Positions 28,018 to 38,607 of a DNA stretch of 64,000 bases are shown in pieces. Each line of letters starts with the position of its first letter. Positions within the stretch are counted from its first letter, which is position 1. The position numbers and the translations under genes are program-made. Source of the DNA: an uncultured Ruminiclostridium sp. (GTDB lineage: Bacteria > Bacillota > Clostridia > Oscillospirales > Ruminococcaceae); NCBI GenBank assembly GCA_964489095.1, contig CAZAXM010000005.1, positions 1,347 through 65,346 on the forward strand, given 5' to 3'. The notes beneath the pieces are model-generated. The model saw nothing but the letters and a program-made list of their open reading frames with translations, ran no database searches and was not told the DNA's origin.

Positions 28018-29638
28018 CTTCGCTCTCCTCGCCGACATAGCTTATCTCAAGCTTTGCCGCGTTTCTTTTAACCTCGTGGACGTCATACCAGGAGCCGTCA
28101 AATATTTTTCCGGTTTCATCTAAAAGAACAAATCCTATTACATCTTCGGGAATTTTCGCCGTGTTACCGAAAGAATCTGTAACTGATGCCTCTTTCCCGC
28201 TTCGCTCTACGGTTATACTGTCAACATTCGTTTCTTCGTAATCAGTAACAGGAGCGTCATACATTTTTGCCAGCCCTGTGCCTGCATAATCGGCAGCACG
28301 CAGTATTCCGGGAGTAAAGCCGCTGTAATTTTCAGTCGTCGATACTATCGCATAGCCGCAATCAGCATTTTTCAGCTGAATAAGATAGGTGTACAGGTCG
28401 GCGTTGGTGTACATAACATCGCGGTTTTCTTCAGGCGTGTCATACCCGTCGATAGCGTCCTGAATTTCGGGGAAAATTGTCATATACGGGGTTACGCCAT
28501 GGAAATTTCTTATAAGCCCGAAACAGTTGTACGCAAACAGACCAACCGTAGTGCATACAACAATCAGAAAAGCATTGTCCTTTTTATCTTCAGCTTTTTT
28601 CTTCGAGTAGCCGGGCATCTTCTTGTCAGGAGCTTCCTTCTTCTCAGCAAGTGCCGCTTTTTCGCTGAAATAATTTGTTATAGACGGAATGGTAAAAATC
28701 GAGAAAATGAAAATAAACATCGAAAAACGCTCGATAATGAAGGCATATACAATAAAACTCCATATCGTAGCATTAAGAAGCGTAGCCTGGAGAAGCATAT
28801 CCGCCTCCGGACGCTCCCTCCAACCGCAGAAGTACGAAATAAGAACAAATGCAAGCAAAATAAGCGGCATTACAAGATACTCAAATCCAAATCCCGTTTC
28901 AAACCATATTGTACCAATATAGCTCGAATAATCCTTACCAAGTATCGCAGAGAAAAGCTGGGCAATAAGATTAAGCGGATTTGCACCCAGAGCCTTCATT
29001 ATAAGACAAATAATAAGCGATCCAAGCGAAACTGAACCGTAGATAATAAGGTACTTCTTAGTCGGCTTAATAAGAGTAAGAAGGTAGAAAACTATAAACA
29101 CCGCCGAGGTGTAATGGATAAGAACCGCAATAATACCAAGGATTATAACAGGTACAAACTTACGCTTTTTCATAAAGCCATAGGCAAGGATAATTACCGA
29201 AACGGCAAGGCTCTGGCGGATAAAGCTGAGCGAGGTGTAGAAAAACGTGAAGCAGAGATAAACCGTTACCGAAAGCCACACATTGTCGCTGTACTTTTTA
29301 ATCGCATACGCCACAGGTATCAGGATAAGCGCGGCAAATATCGCGTACATGATCTCAGGACTTTGCGTAAATGTCGCAATAAGCTTCGTTATAAGCGCGT
29401 ATATCGGCTCGTATTTTCCGCTTACGACAATGCTCCAGTCGGCGGCGGAGATCTCCTTAAAAATTCGTATATAGCTGAAATAGTCGTTGCCCATTCCGTA
29501 TCTGAACACCGACGTTAAATAAAGAAGAACAAACATTATCGAAAGATAAACCGTCTTTTTTAGGGACGTAGGTTTTTTCCAAAGCATAATCAGCCCAAGC
29601 CCTACCGCAAGCGCAAACAGAATAATATAAATCGTCAT
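28004..29638 (-). CDS. EpsG-family polysaccharide polymerase-like membrane protein with C-terminal extracytoplasmic domain
   Basis: It has the EpsG signature FRYGMGNDYFSY, about 10 TM helices and a ~170-aa soluble C-terminus. The start at MTIYIILF (29638) has AAAGGA upstream. Confidence 0.7.
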   Translation of the reverse strand: MTIYIILFALAVGLGLIMLWKKPTSLKKTVYLSIMFVLLYLTSVFRYGMGNDYFSYIRIFKEISAADWSIVVSGKYEPIYALITKLIATFTQSPEIMYAIFAALILIPVAYAIKKYSDNVWLSVTVYLCFTFFYTSLSFIRQSLAVSVIILAYGFMKKRKFVPVIILGIIAVLIHYTSAVFIVFYLLTLIKPTKKYLIIYGSVSLGSLIICLIMKALGANPLNLIAQLFSAILGKDYSSYIGTIWFETGFGFEYLVMPLILLAFVLISYFCGWRERPEADMLLQATLLNATIWSFIVYAFIIERFSMFIFIFSIFTIPSITNYFSEKAALAEKKEAPDKKMPGYSKKKAEDKKDNAFLIVVCTTVGLFAYNCFGLIRNFHGVTPYMTIFPEIQDAIDGYDTPEENRDVMYTNADLYTYLIQLKNADCGYAIVSTTENYSGFTPGILRAADYAGTGLAKMYDAPVTDYEETNVDSITVERSGKEASVTDSFGNTAKIPEDVIGFVLLDETGKIFDGSWYDVHEVKRNAAKLEISYVGEESEVTGE

Positions 29639-29830
29639 CTGAAAAATCCTTTCATAGCTGTTTAGCAATTCATTTCAAATCTTTTTTATTATACAGCATT
29701 ACGCGCAAAAAATCAATGCTTATCGCATTTCTTATATTTAATGCCGCGTCTTTTTCGGCGAATTGCACAATAACCAAAAAGAAAAAAAGTGAAATTTGCT
29801 TGCTTTTTTTCGGAAAAATTGTATAAAAAC

Positions 29831-29859
29831 TTGATTTTAACTATAATAAATGGTATAAT
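29831..29859 (+). promoter_or_regulatory. Sigma-A promoter (extended -10) of the remA-gmk-priA block
   Basis: TTGATT (29831-29836) and TGG-TATAAT (29854-29859) are separated by 17 nt. Confidence 0.6.
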
Positions 29860-29907
29860 ATAAAGGAATGTTTGCATTTACGATTTGCAAAAAAGGAAGT
29901 GTGACGA

Positions 29908-30159
29908 ATGGAACTTATAGAAGTCGGTTACGGAAACCGCGTGAACAGCGAACGGATCGTCGCTGTCATAAACGCAGATTCCGCGCCCGCTAAACGGCTT
30001 GTTTCAGCGGCAAAGGACAAGTTTACGGCAATCGACGCGACCTGCGGAAAACGCACCAAAACCGTTATCGTTATGGACAGCGGTCACGTTGTACTTTCAG
30101 CAAAAGACCCCGACGCTGTATGCGCGGATAAATCGAAAGGAACTGAAAAAAATGGATAA
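29908..30159 (+). CDS. remA: RemA/DUF370 family biofilm-matrix regulator
   Basis: The sequence EVGYGNRVNSERIVAVINADSAPAKRLVSAAKDKFTAIDATCGKRTKTVIVMDSGHVVLSA aligns with B. subtilis RemA. Confidence 0.9.
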   Translation: MELIEVGYGNRVNSERIVAVINADSAPAKRLVSAAKDKFTAIDATCGKRTKTVIVMDSGHVVLSAKDPDAVCADKSKGTEKNG

Positions 30160-30757
30160 GGGTATACTTATTGTTGTATCTGCGCCTGCAGGCTGCGGAA
30201 AGGATACAATTCTTGCGGAGGCTCTTAAATCGAACGGGAATCTTTTTTACTCGGTTTCGGCAACCTCGCGTGCAATGCGTCCCGGTGAAACGGACGGCGT
30301 AAGCTACCATTTCAGAACGCGCGCCCAATTTGAAGAAATGATAAAAAACGCTGAGCTGCTTGAGTATACGGAATACTGCGGCAACTACTACGGAACACCT
30401 AAAAAGGCTGTCGAGGATATGCTCGCGGCGGGAAAAGACGTGATCCTTAAAATCGAAGTCGAGGGCGCAGCGAACGTCAAGCGGATCTTCCCCGACTGCA
30501 CGATGATTTTCATTCTCCCGCCGTCCTTTGAGGAGCTTGACAGGCGGCTGCACAAGCGCGGCACGGAGGACGAGGAAACGATCGCCCGCCGTATTGAAAC
30601 TGCCAAAAAAGAGCTTACATACGCCGAAAACTATGACTACCTCATCGTCAACGGCGAACTTTCAGACGCTGTCGAGGATTTTCTTGCGGTCGTTTCAGCC
30701 GAAAAGAGCCGTACCGTTCGCAAAAAAGCAATGCTCACAAAACTTCTGGCGCAGTGA
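30152..30757 (+). CDS. gmk: Guanylate kinase
   Basis: The P-loop is SAPAGCGKDT. SVSATSRAMRPGETDGVSYHF and YYGTP are also present. The start at 30152 overlaps the remA stop. Confidence 0.92.
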   Translation: MDKGILIVVSAPAGCGKDTILAEALKSNGNLFYSVSATSRAMRPGETDGVSYHFRTRAQFEEMIKNAELLEYTEYCGNYYGTPKKAVEDMLAAGKDVILKIEVEGAANVKRIFPDCTMIFILPPSFEELDRRLHKRGTEDEETIARRIETAKKELTYAENYDYLIVNGELSDAVEDFLAVVSAEKSRTVRKKAMLTKLLAQ

Positions 30758-33177
30758 GAGGGTTTATTGCCGCGGTTGCGGTTGAAAAAACAGCGGCTTC
30801 GTTCGACGACCTGTTCGATTACCTCGTGCCCGATTACCTTTCGGAGAAAATCCGCGCGGGCGCACGTGTGATAGTGCCGTTCGGACGCGGAAACCGCAAG
30901 CGTGCGGGAGTAGTTTTCGGGGTTGAAGAAAGGGAATATGACGCGCCGCTTAAAGAGATTTATGCGGCTGCCGAGGACGGAATTTTTCTAAGCGGTGAGC
31001 TGCTTGACATTGCCCGCCGACTTCGCGAAACAACGTTCTGCACCTACTACGACGCGGTAAGGACGATGCTTCCCGCGGGACTTTCGCTGTTTGCTTCGGA
31101 GGAATATGCTCTTGCTGAAAACCCGCCGACTGTTCAGCTTACTGCCGCTGAACAGGAGCTTATGAACGAATACTACGCGACGGACAGCGAAAAAGAACGC
31201 TCCGCGCTGCTGATAAAGCCCGAAAACAGGCGGATCACCGCTTCTCTTACCGACAAGGGAATACTTGTCAGAAGAGAGCTTTCACGGCGGAGAGTTGGCG
31301 ATGAAACGGAACGGACGGTGTACCCGACGGGCGCAGATACGGAAAAGCTCCGGCTTTCTCCTAAGCAGAAAAAAACGCTTGAAACGCTTACTGAGGTTGG
31401 TGCGGCAAGCGTAAAAGAGCTTTGTTATTTGTGCAATATCACCGCTTCGGTTGTAAAAAATCTTGAACAGAAGGGGCTTGTTGAAATTGCGGAAAAGGAA
31501 AGCTCACGGGCTGTTTCACAGAACGCCGAAATTACGCAGAAGCTTTCCGATTTACATTTCTCTCCGCTTCAGCAGCGCACCTACGACGGCTTAAAAAAGC
31601 TGATGGACAGCGGCGAGGCGAAATGCGCGCTTCTTCGCGGAGTTACGGGGAGCGGTAAGACCTCGGTTTTCATAAAGCTTATTGAGGCGGCAACCGACGA
31701 GGGCAAAACGGCGATCCTGCTTGTTCCGGAAATTTCGCTTACTCCGCAGACGGTCGGAAAATTCCAGAGCCTTTTCGGGAATACCGTTGCAATAATTCAC
31801 AGCAGCCTTTCGCTCGGACAGCGCGCCGATGAATTTAAAAGGATCGCGCGCGGCGAGGCGAAAATTGTAATCGGGACAAGGAGCGCAGTATTCGCGCCCG
31901 TGGAGAATATCGGAATCATCGTAATCGACGAGGAGGACGAGCATACCTACAAATCGGAAATGTCGCCGCGTTATCACGCGCGGGAAGTCGCAAAGCTTCG
32001 CTGTATGCGGCATAACGCACTGCTGCTGCTTGCATCTGCAACACCCTCCTTCGAGAGCTACAACTACGCGCTCAACGGGCGGTACACCCTTTTTGAAATG
32101 GAGGAACGCTACAACGCCTCAGAGCTTCCCGAAGTGCGAATGATAGATATGCGGATCGAAACGGAAAACGGAAACCGCGGCAATTTCAGCGAGGAGCTGC
32201 TGGAGGAACTGAGGCTTAACCTTGAACGCGGAGAACAGTCAATGCTGCTTCTGAACAGGCGCGGCTATCACACCTACGCAAACTGTATAAGCTGCGGGAC
32301 GGTGATAGAATGTCCGAATTGTGCTGTTCCGCTGACATATCACCGCACGAACGAAAGCGCTATATGCCATATTTGCGGTTTTCACCGCGATATGCCGAAA
32401 GTATGTGACAAGTGCGGAAGCCGCTATATCTACCAAAGCGGAACAGGTACGCAGCGAATCGAGGACGAAATCAAGGAATATTTTCCACAAGCAAGGGTGC
32501 TGAGAATGGACGCAGATACAACGATGTCCAAATTCTCCTATGAAAGGCGGTTTGCTGAGTTTAGAAATAACGAGTACGACATTATGATAGGCACGCAGAT
32601 GATAGCGAAGGGGCTTGATTTTGAGAATGTCACGCTTGTCGGAGTTCTGCTCATTGACCGCTCGCTTTACGCGGGGGATTATCTCGGCTACGAGAAAACC
32701 TTTTCGCTTATTACGCAGGTCGTGGGACGTTCGGGACGCGGTGCAAAAAAGGGACGGGCTTGCATACAGACCTTTTCGCCCGATCACTACGTGCTTACGC
32801 TCGCGGCGAAGCAGGACTACAAGGAATTTTATGAACAGGAGATTGCCGTTCGGCGTTCGCTCATATTTCCGCCGTTCTGCGATATATGTCTGACTGTTTT
32901 TTCATCGCCGTTTGAAAACGCTGTCGGAAAAGCGTCGGAGCTGTTCTTTGAAATGATAAAAAGCGCGGCTGACGCGCGGCGGGATATACCAGTGATACTG
33001 CTCGGACCGACCGACAGCGGAAAAATCGGCGGGATCTACCGCAGAAAAATTGTTATAAAATGCCGCAGAAGTCCCGCGCTCCGGGAAATGCTCCGAACAG
33101 TTATGCGCGAAGCATACCGCCGCGAGGAGTTCAAGGGAGTAAGCTTTTACGCCGATTTCAACGGCGAAATAATATAA
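30754..33177 (+). CDS. priA: Primosomal protein N' (PriA helicase)
   Basis: The gene has a GTG start overlapping the gmk stop. Motifs are GVTGSGKT and DEEDEH, plus a Cys-rich zinc region (CISCGTVIECPNCAVPLTYH...CHICG). Confidence 0.92.
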   Translation: MRGFIAAVAVEKTAASFDDLFDYLVPDYLSEKIRAGARVIVPFGRGNRKRAGVVFGVEEREYDAPLKEIYAAAEDGIFLSGELLDIARRLRETTFCTYYDAVRTMLPAGLSLFASEEYALAENPPTVQLTAAEQELMNEYYATDSEKERSALLIKPENRRITASLTDKGILVRRELSRRRVGDETERTVYPTGADTEKLRLSPKQKKTLETLTEVGAASVKELCYLCNITASVVKNLEQKGLVEIAEKESSRAVSQNAEITQKLSDLHFSPLQQRTYDGLKKLMDSGEAKCALLRGVTGSGKTSVFIKLIEAATDEGKTAILLVPEISLTPQTVGKFQSLFGNTVAIIHSSLSLGQRADEFKRIARGEAKIVIGTRSAVFAPVENIGIIVIDEEDEHTYKSEMSPRYHAREVAKLRCMRHNALLLLASATPSFESYNYALNGRYTLFEMEERYNASELPEVRMIDMRIETENGNRGNFSEELLEELRLNLERGEQSMLLLNRRGYHTYANCISCGTVIECPNCAVPLTYHRTNESAICHICGFHRDMPKVCDKCGSRYIYQSGTGTQRIEDEIKEYFPQARVLRMDADTTMSKFSYERRFAEFRNNEYDIMIGTQMIAKGLDFENVTLVGVLLIDRSLYAGDYLGYEKTFSLITQVVGRSGRGAKKGRACIQTFSPDHYVLTLAAKQDYKEFYEQEIAVRRSLIFPPFCDICLTVFSSPFENAVGKASELFFEMIKSAADARRDIPVILLGPTDSGKIGGIYRRKIVIKCRRSPALREMLRTVMREAYRREEFKGVSFYADFNGEII

Positions 33178-33202
33178 CCAACTGATACGAAAGGATAAGA
33201 AA

Positions 33203-33661
33203 ATGGCTTTAAGAAACATTGTAAAATTCGGAGAGGATATTCTCCATAAAAAATGCCGCGAGGTTACGGTTTTTGACGACAAACTCTGGGTTCTGCTTGA
33301 CGATATGTACGAAACGATGAGGGCGGCTGACGGAGTTGGGCTTGCCGCGCCGCAGGTCGGCATTCTCCGCCGCGTGTGCATTGTCGATATCGGCGAAGGT
33401 CCGATTGAGCTTATAAATCCTGTTATTACATCTATGAGGGGCAAGCAGCGCGAGGTTGAAGGCTGTCTTTCTGTTCCCGGACAGTGGGGTTACGTTGTCC
33501 GCCCGGCAAAGATCAAGGTAACGGCTATGAACCGTTACGGTAAGGAAGTGAAATACGACGCGACAGACCTGCTTGCGCGCGCTTTCTGCCACGAAATCGA
33601 TCACCTCAACGGCGTTATTTTCACCGACCTTGCGGACGAGATGGTTGAACGGGAGGATTAA
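33203..33661 (+). CDS. def: Peptide deformylase
   Basis: GVGLAAPQVG, EGCLSVPG and HEIDHLNG motifs are present. Confidence 0.95.
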   Translation: MALRNIVKFGEDILHKKCREVTVFDDKLWVLLDDMYETMRAADGVGLAAPQVGILRRVCIVDIGEGPIELINPVITSMRGKQREVEGCLSVPGQWGYVVRPAKIKVTAMNRYGKEVKYDATDLLARAFCHEIDHLNGVIFTDLADEMVERED

Positions 33662-33667
33662 GCAAAA

Positions 33668-34603
33668 ATGAACATCGTATTTATGGGAACTCCCGATTTT
33701 GCTGTTCCCTGCCTTAAAGCACTTTACGAATCGGGACATAACGTCTGCGGCGTTTTCACTCAGCCCGATAAGCCGAAGAACCGCGGTCAGAAGCTTATGT
33801 TCACGCCCGTCAAGGAGTGCGCGGTCAGCCTTGATATCCCTGTTTTTCAGCCGCTTTCGCTCCGAAAGGGCGAGGACGCGGAAAAGAGCCTTGAAACACT
33901 TCGCGGACTTAACCCCGACTGCATTGTCGTTGCGGCTTACGGTCAGATTTTACCAAAGGAGATCCTTGATTTACCGAAGTACGGCTGTATAAACGTCCAC
34001 GCTTCCCTGCTGCCGATGTACCGCGGAGCTTCGCCGATTCAGCACTGTATAATCAACGGCGAGAAAAAGACGGGCGTTACAATTATGTATATGGCTGAGG
34101 GGCTTGATACAGGCGATATGATACTAAAAGAAGAAATTGAGCTCGACGAGAGAATGACAGCTTCACAGCTTCACGACAGGCTTTGCGAAATCGGCGCGCC
34201 GCTTCTTCTCCGCGCGCTTGAACAGCTCGGAAACGGGACTGCGGTCCGCGAACCGCAGAACGGTGAAACCTGCTACGCTTCTATGATTTCTAAGGAAATG
34301 TGCCGTATTGATTTTCATAAATCTGCGGACGCGGTATATAATTTTATAAGAGGTATGTCCGCAAGCCCCTGCGCGTTTACAACTCTCGGAGGTAAACGTA
34401 TGAAAATATTTTTCGCGGAAAAAACCGACCTCAGAACTGACCTGCCTGCCGGAACAGCCGTTGACGACGCGCTTGCTGTTGCCTGCGGGGACGGCGGCGC
34501 GGTGCGGATCTCGGAATTGCAGCCGGAGGGCGGTAAACGAATGAGCGCGGCGGATTACCTTCGCGGGAAAAAGGTTGAAAAGGGTACTGTTTTTGGAGAA
34601 TAA
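33668..34603 (+). CDS. fmt: Methionyl-tRNA formyltransferase
   Basis: MNIVFMGTPDFAVP, NVHASLLPMYRGASPIQ and a C-terminal Formyl_trans_C-like region are present. Confidence 0.93.
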   Translation: MNIVFMGTPDFAVPCLKALYESGHNVCGVFTQPDKPKNRGQKLMFTPVKECAVSLDIPVFQPLSLRKGEDAEKSLETLRGLNPDCIVVAAYGQILPKEILDLPKYGCINVHASLLPMYRGASPIQHCIINGEKKTGVTIMYMAEGLDTGDMILKEEIELDERMTASQLHDRLCEIGAPLLLRALEQLGNGTAVREPQNGETCYASMISKEMCRIDFHKSADAVYNFIRGMSASPCAFTTLGGKRMKIFFAEKTDLRTDLPAGTAVDDALAVACGDGGAVRISELQPEGGKRMSAADYLRGKKVEKGTVFGE

Positions 34604-34629
34604 GCCACTGATACTGGAAAGGTAAAGCA

Positions 34630-35334
34630 ATGGATATTATTTATATGATCATGTACGAGCAGCCGATAATTGTTGTCGGGGTTATTGCGACTCTTATTTT
34701 TGCTGCATTCGCAAGCGCAAAAGTAAAATCCACCTTTGCGAAATACAACAAGACTGCAACATCGGGTATGATACCCGCCTGCGACGCAGCGCGGCAGATT
34801 CTCGACGCGAACGGTCTGTACAGCGTTCAGGTTGTGCGCTGTTCGGGAAATCTAACCGACCACTACGACCCGAAAAACAACACTATTGCGCTTTCCGACA
34901 CGGTTTACGGCAGCACGTCCGTTGGCGCAATCGGCGTTGCCGCGCACGAATGCGGTCACGCGATACAATATGCAAAAGGCTACGGACCGATTAAGGCGCG
35001 AAACACCATGGCGCCTATTGTTTCGGTATGTTCTTCGGCATGGCTGTGGATCTTCATTATAGGAAGCGCAATCGGCTCGTTTTTCATGGCGGAGATCGCG
35101 ATAGTTTTCTACGCTGTTGTTGTACTGTTTCAGCTTATAACGCTTCCCGTTGAGTTCAACGCGAGCAGCCGCGCTATGGATACGCTGCGCGGAATGGGAC
35201 TTCTTCATGGCGATGAGCTTATCGGAGCGCGTAAAACACTGACTGCTGCTGCAATGACGTATGTCGCTTCGCTTCTTGTTTCAATGATGCAGCTTATACG
35301 CTTAATTGTGAGAGTAAACAGACGGAGAGATTGA
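34630..35334 (+). CDS. YugP-like putative neutral zinc metallopeptidase (membrane)
   Basis: It has HECGHAIQ, flanking TM helices and a size typical of the Zn_peptidase_2 family. Confidence 0.8.
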   Translation: MDIIYMIMYEQPIIVVGVIATLIFAAFASAKVKSTFAKYNKTATSGMIPACDAARQILDANGLYSVQVVRCSGNLTDHYDPKNNTIALSDTVYGSTSVGAIGVAAHECGHAIQYAKGYGPIKARNTMAPIVSVCSSAWLWIFIIGSAIGSFFMAEIAIVFYAVVVLFQLITLPVEFNASSRAMDTLRGMGLLHGDELIGARKTLTAAAMTYVASLLVSMMQLIRLIVRVNRRRD

Positions 35335-36632
35335 TGAACACCAGAAAAATTGTTGCTGAACTGCTGTTAAAAATGGAGGAGGGCGGCGCGTATTCAAAAA
35401 TCGCGCTTGATTCCGCTTTTGAACAATACGAACTAGGAGAACGCGACAAGAGCTTTGCGGCTGCGCTTTTCTATGGCGTTCTTGAACGGAGAATGACGCT
35501 CGACTATATTATCCGCGCGTATTCCTCAAAGGAGTTTGACAGCCTTGAAAAATCGACGGTATGCCTGCTAAGAATGGGATTTTACCAGCTTCTTTATATG
35601 GATTCGGTGCCTGAAAGCGCGGCTGTGAATGAAACGGTTTCGCTCGCTTTGGCGCGCCAGAAAGGTTTCATAAACGCAATACTGCGCGGATTTGTTCGCG
35701 ACGGCTGTAAAATCGACTATGGCGATCTAAGCGGCGACGCGCGGCTTTCCGTGGAATATTCCTGTCCGAAATGGATCGTAAAAATGTGGCGAAACCGCTT
35801 CGGAGAGGAACGCACACTCGGCTTACTGAAGTCCTCGCTCGGTCGTCCGCCGCTGTTCCTACGTGTGAACACGCTGAAATGCAATGCTGACGAGCTTATT
35901 TCAACGCTTGCAGAGGACGGGATAAAGGCGAAGCGCAGTGAGCTGCTTCCCGACTGCGTTGAGCTTATGAGGGGCAGTCCCGACTGCTGCTCGGCATATT
36001 GGCGCGGACTTTTTCACGTTCAGGACATTTCCTCCCAGCTATGCTGTAAAATACTGGGCGCGCAGCCGGGCGAAACAGTGCTGGATATGTGCGCGGCGCC
36101 GGGCGGAAAAAGCTTTACGGCAGCACAGTATATGAACAACGAGGGACGGCTGCTCAGTTTCGACCTTCACGGAAACAAGCTGTCACTAATAAAAAGCGGC
36201 GCGAAACGGCTTGGGATTTCGATAATCTCAGCCCAGCAGAACGACGCTTCGGTATTTAACAATGACATTCCGCAGGCGGACAGAGTGCTGTGCGACGTGG
36301 TATGTTCAGGGCTTGGCGTAATCCGAAGAAAGCCTGAAATAAAATACAAGCCGAAAGCGGAAATAATGACGCTTCCGCCGATCCAATCGGAAATACTTGA
36401 AACGGCGAAGCGGTATGTAAAGCGCGGCGGGCGGCTTGTTTACTCGACCTGCACGCTTAATGAGGCGGAGAACGAGGCAGTTGTTAAGAAATTTCTTGAA
36501 AACAACCCCGATTTCGCGCATGACGAAATAAAAATCGGAATTAACGACGACGGCGGCTTTTACCGCAGCTTTTCCCCCGAAACAACGGGCGGCGACGGTT
36601 TTTTTGCAGCCGCATTGAAAAGAAACGGATAA
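35331..36632 (+). CDS. rsmB: 16S rRNA (cytosine967-C5)-methyltransferase
   Basis: A NusB-like N-terminus is followed by the SAM site DMCAAPGGKS and the catalytic YSTCT. Confidence 0.9.
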   Translation: MMNTRKIVAELLLKMEEGGAYSKIALDSAFEQYELGERDKSFAAALFYGVLERRMTLDYIIRAYSSKEFDSLEKSTVCLLRMGFYQLLYMDSVPESAAVNETVSLALARQKGFINAILRGFVRDGCKIDYGDLSGDARLSVEYSCPKWIVKMWRNRFGEERTLGLLKSSLGRPPLFLRVNTLKCNADELISTLAEDGIKAKRSELLPDCVELMRGSPDCCSAYWRGLFHVQDISSQLCCKILGAQPGETVLDMCAAPGGKSFTAAQYMNNEGRLLSFDLHGNKLSLIKSGAKRLGISIISAQQNDASVFNNDIPQADRVLCDVVCSGLGVIRRKPEIKYKPKAEIMTLPPIQSEILETAKRYVKRGGRLVYSTCTLNEAENEAVVKKFLENNPDFAHDEIKIGINDDGGFYRSFSPETTGGDGFFAAALKRNG

Positions 36633-36635
36633 ATT

Positions 36636-37658
36636 ATGAAGCTTGACATACTTGCAATGAAGCCGCAGGAGCTTGAAGGCGAAATACTCGCTATGGGCGA
36701 GAAGAAATTCCGCGCGAAACAGCTCTACGAATGGCTTCACAAACGAAAAATAACGGATTTTTCCGAATGTACAAATCTTCCCGCTGCACTGATCGAGCGG
36801 CTTGGGGAGAAATTTGAAATCAAGCGGCTTCGCGTAAAAAAACGGCTTGTTTCCGCAATCGACGATACCGTGAAATATCTCTACGAGCTGCCCGACGGCG
36901 AACGCGTTGAAACCGTGCTCATGAAATATCATCACGGGAACAGCCTTTGCATTTCCACGCAGGTCGGCTGCAAAATGGGGTGCAGCTTCTGCGCTTCGAC
37001 AAAGGCGGGCTTTGTTCGCGATCTTGAACCGTCGGAAATGCTCCTGCAAATCTACGAAACCGAGCGCGACAGCGGCAGACCCGTTGAGAGCCTTGTACTT
37101 ATGGGAATCGGTGAGCCTCTCGACAATTTCACTAACGTTATGAAATTCCTCTCGATCCTTTCCGACGAGGCGGGGCGCGGAATGAGCCTGCGACACGTTT
37201 CGCTTTCAACCTGCGGACTTGTCGAAAAAATCAACGAGCTTGCAGAGCTTCGGCTCGGACTTACGCTTTCGGTTTCGCTTCACGCTCCCACCGACGAAAA
37301 GCGCAGCGCGATAATGCCCGTAAATAAACGCTACGGCGTTGACGAGCTTATTGCCGCCTGCAAGAATTATTTCGACAAGACAGGGCGGCGGATAAGCTTT
37401 GAGTTCGCGCTTATTGCGGGCGTGAACGACAACAGGCAGACTGCCGACGAGCTTATCCGACTTTTAAAGCCGCTTTCACCCTGCCACGTCAACCTTATTC
37501 CTGTCAACGAGATCAAGGAAGGACCGTACAAAAAAAGTCCGAACGTCAAAAGCTTCCGCAACGCTCTTGAACAGGGCGGTCTGAACGCGACTGTCCGCCG
37601 CACTCTCGGCGCCGACATAAGCGCCGCCTGTGGACAGCTTCGGCGAGACAACATCTGA
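36636..37658 (+). CDS. rlmN: 23S rRNA/tRNA (adenine-C2)-methyltransferase, radical SAM
   Basis: FRAKQLYEWL, the CISTQVGCKMGCSFCAS radical-SAM cluster and the C-terminal AACGQL are present. Confidence 0.93.
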   Translation: MKLDILAMKPQELEGEILAMGEKKFRAKQLYEWLHKRKITDFSECTNLPAALIERLGEKFEIKRLRVKKRLVSAIDDTVKYLYELPDGERVETVLMKYHHGNSLCISTQVGCKMGCSFCASTKAGFVRDLEPSEMLLQIYETERDSGRPVESLVLMGIGEPLDNFTNVMKFLSILSDEAGRGMSLRHVSLSTCGLVEKINELAELRLGLTLSVSLHAPTDEKRSAIMPVNKRYGVDELIAACKNYFDKTGRRISFEFALIAGVNDNRQTADELIRLLKPLSPCHVNLIPVNEIKEGPYKKSPNVKSFRNALEQGGLNATVRRTLGADISAACGQLRRDNI

Positions 37659-37770
37659 CCGAGTGCCGCTCATACAGATGTCAAAAAGAATGGGTGCTGC
37701 CCACAACCCCGCCAAAATGAGCAATGAATAATGGTTAATTGTAAATTGTGGGGAATATAGCGATAAACTC

Positions 37771-37799
37771 TTGATTTTCTATGAGAAATGTTGTATAAT
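37771..37799 (+). promoter_or_regulatory. Sigma-A promoter upstream of stp-prkC
   Basis: TTGATT (37771-37776) and TATAAT (37794-37799) are separated by 17 nt, within a 200-nt gap after rlmN. Confidence 0.55.
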
Positions 37800-37860
37800 T
37801 ATAAAAATGGGGCAGCCGTGTGCTGCTATAATCCTACCGCTAGGAAAGGAATTATGAGCA

Positions 37861-38589
37861 ATGAAATGCTTTTCTAAAACCGATGTCGGACTGGTACGTT
37901 CCGAAAACCAGGACAGAGTATGGACAGATTCACTTGAGGACGGAGCTGCGGCTATTATCCTCTGCGACGGTATGGGCGGCGAAAACGCGGGAAGCGTTGC
38001 AAGCCAGATGACGATAGACTTTATGTGCGACAGGCTCCGCAAGGGCTTCCGCAGCAATATCAGCAGAAATTACATACGCAACCTTCTTATAACCTCGGTT
38101 ACGGCGGCGAACAGCCTTGTCTACGACCGCGCGTCACGTGAAGAGGATAAGCGCGGAATGGGTACGACCTGCGTTGCGGGAATTGTTTATAACAACCGCG
38201 CGTACATAATCAATGTCGGCGACAGCAGAGCATATCATATTTTCGACGATGGAATACAGCAGATCACTAAGGATCATACTTATGTCAGACGGCTTATCGA
38301 ACGTGGGGAAATTACCGAGGCGGAAAGCCGCGTTCACCCCGACCGCAACCGCATTACCCGCGCTGTCGGAGCGGAGCGGAACATTACCCCTGACTATTTT
38401 GAAATTGACCTTGAGGAAGGAAATATCCTGCTTTTTTCCTCTGACGGACTTCATTCCTACGGCGAGGACGCGGAAATTGCGGAAATTATCGTAAACAACC
38501 CTATCTCTAAGGGCTGTGACCTGCTTATCGACTATGCTCTCGGAAACGGCGGCAGAGATAACGTTTCGGTTGCGCTTGTGGTTGTATAA
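37861..38589 (+). CDS. prpC: PP2C-family Ser/Thr protein phosphatase (Stp/PrpC)
   Basis: SENQDR, LCDGMGG, INVGDSRAY and the C-terminal GGRDNVS motifs are present. Confidence 0.92.
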   Translation: MKCFSKTDVGLVRSENQDRVWTDSLEDGAAAIILCDGMGGENAGSVASQMTIDFMCDRLRKGFRSNISRNYIRNLLITSVTAANSLVYDRASREEDKRGMGTTCVAGIVYNNRAYIINVGDSRAYHIFDDGIQQITKDHTYVRRLIERGEITEAESRVHPDRNRITRAVGAERNITPDYFEIDLEEGNILLFSSDGLHSYGEDAEIAEIIVNNPISKGCDLLIDYALGNGGRDNVSVALVVV

Positions 38590-38607
38590 CGGAAAGGACT
38601 ATAATAT

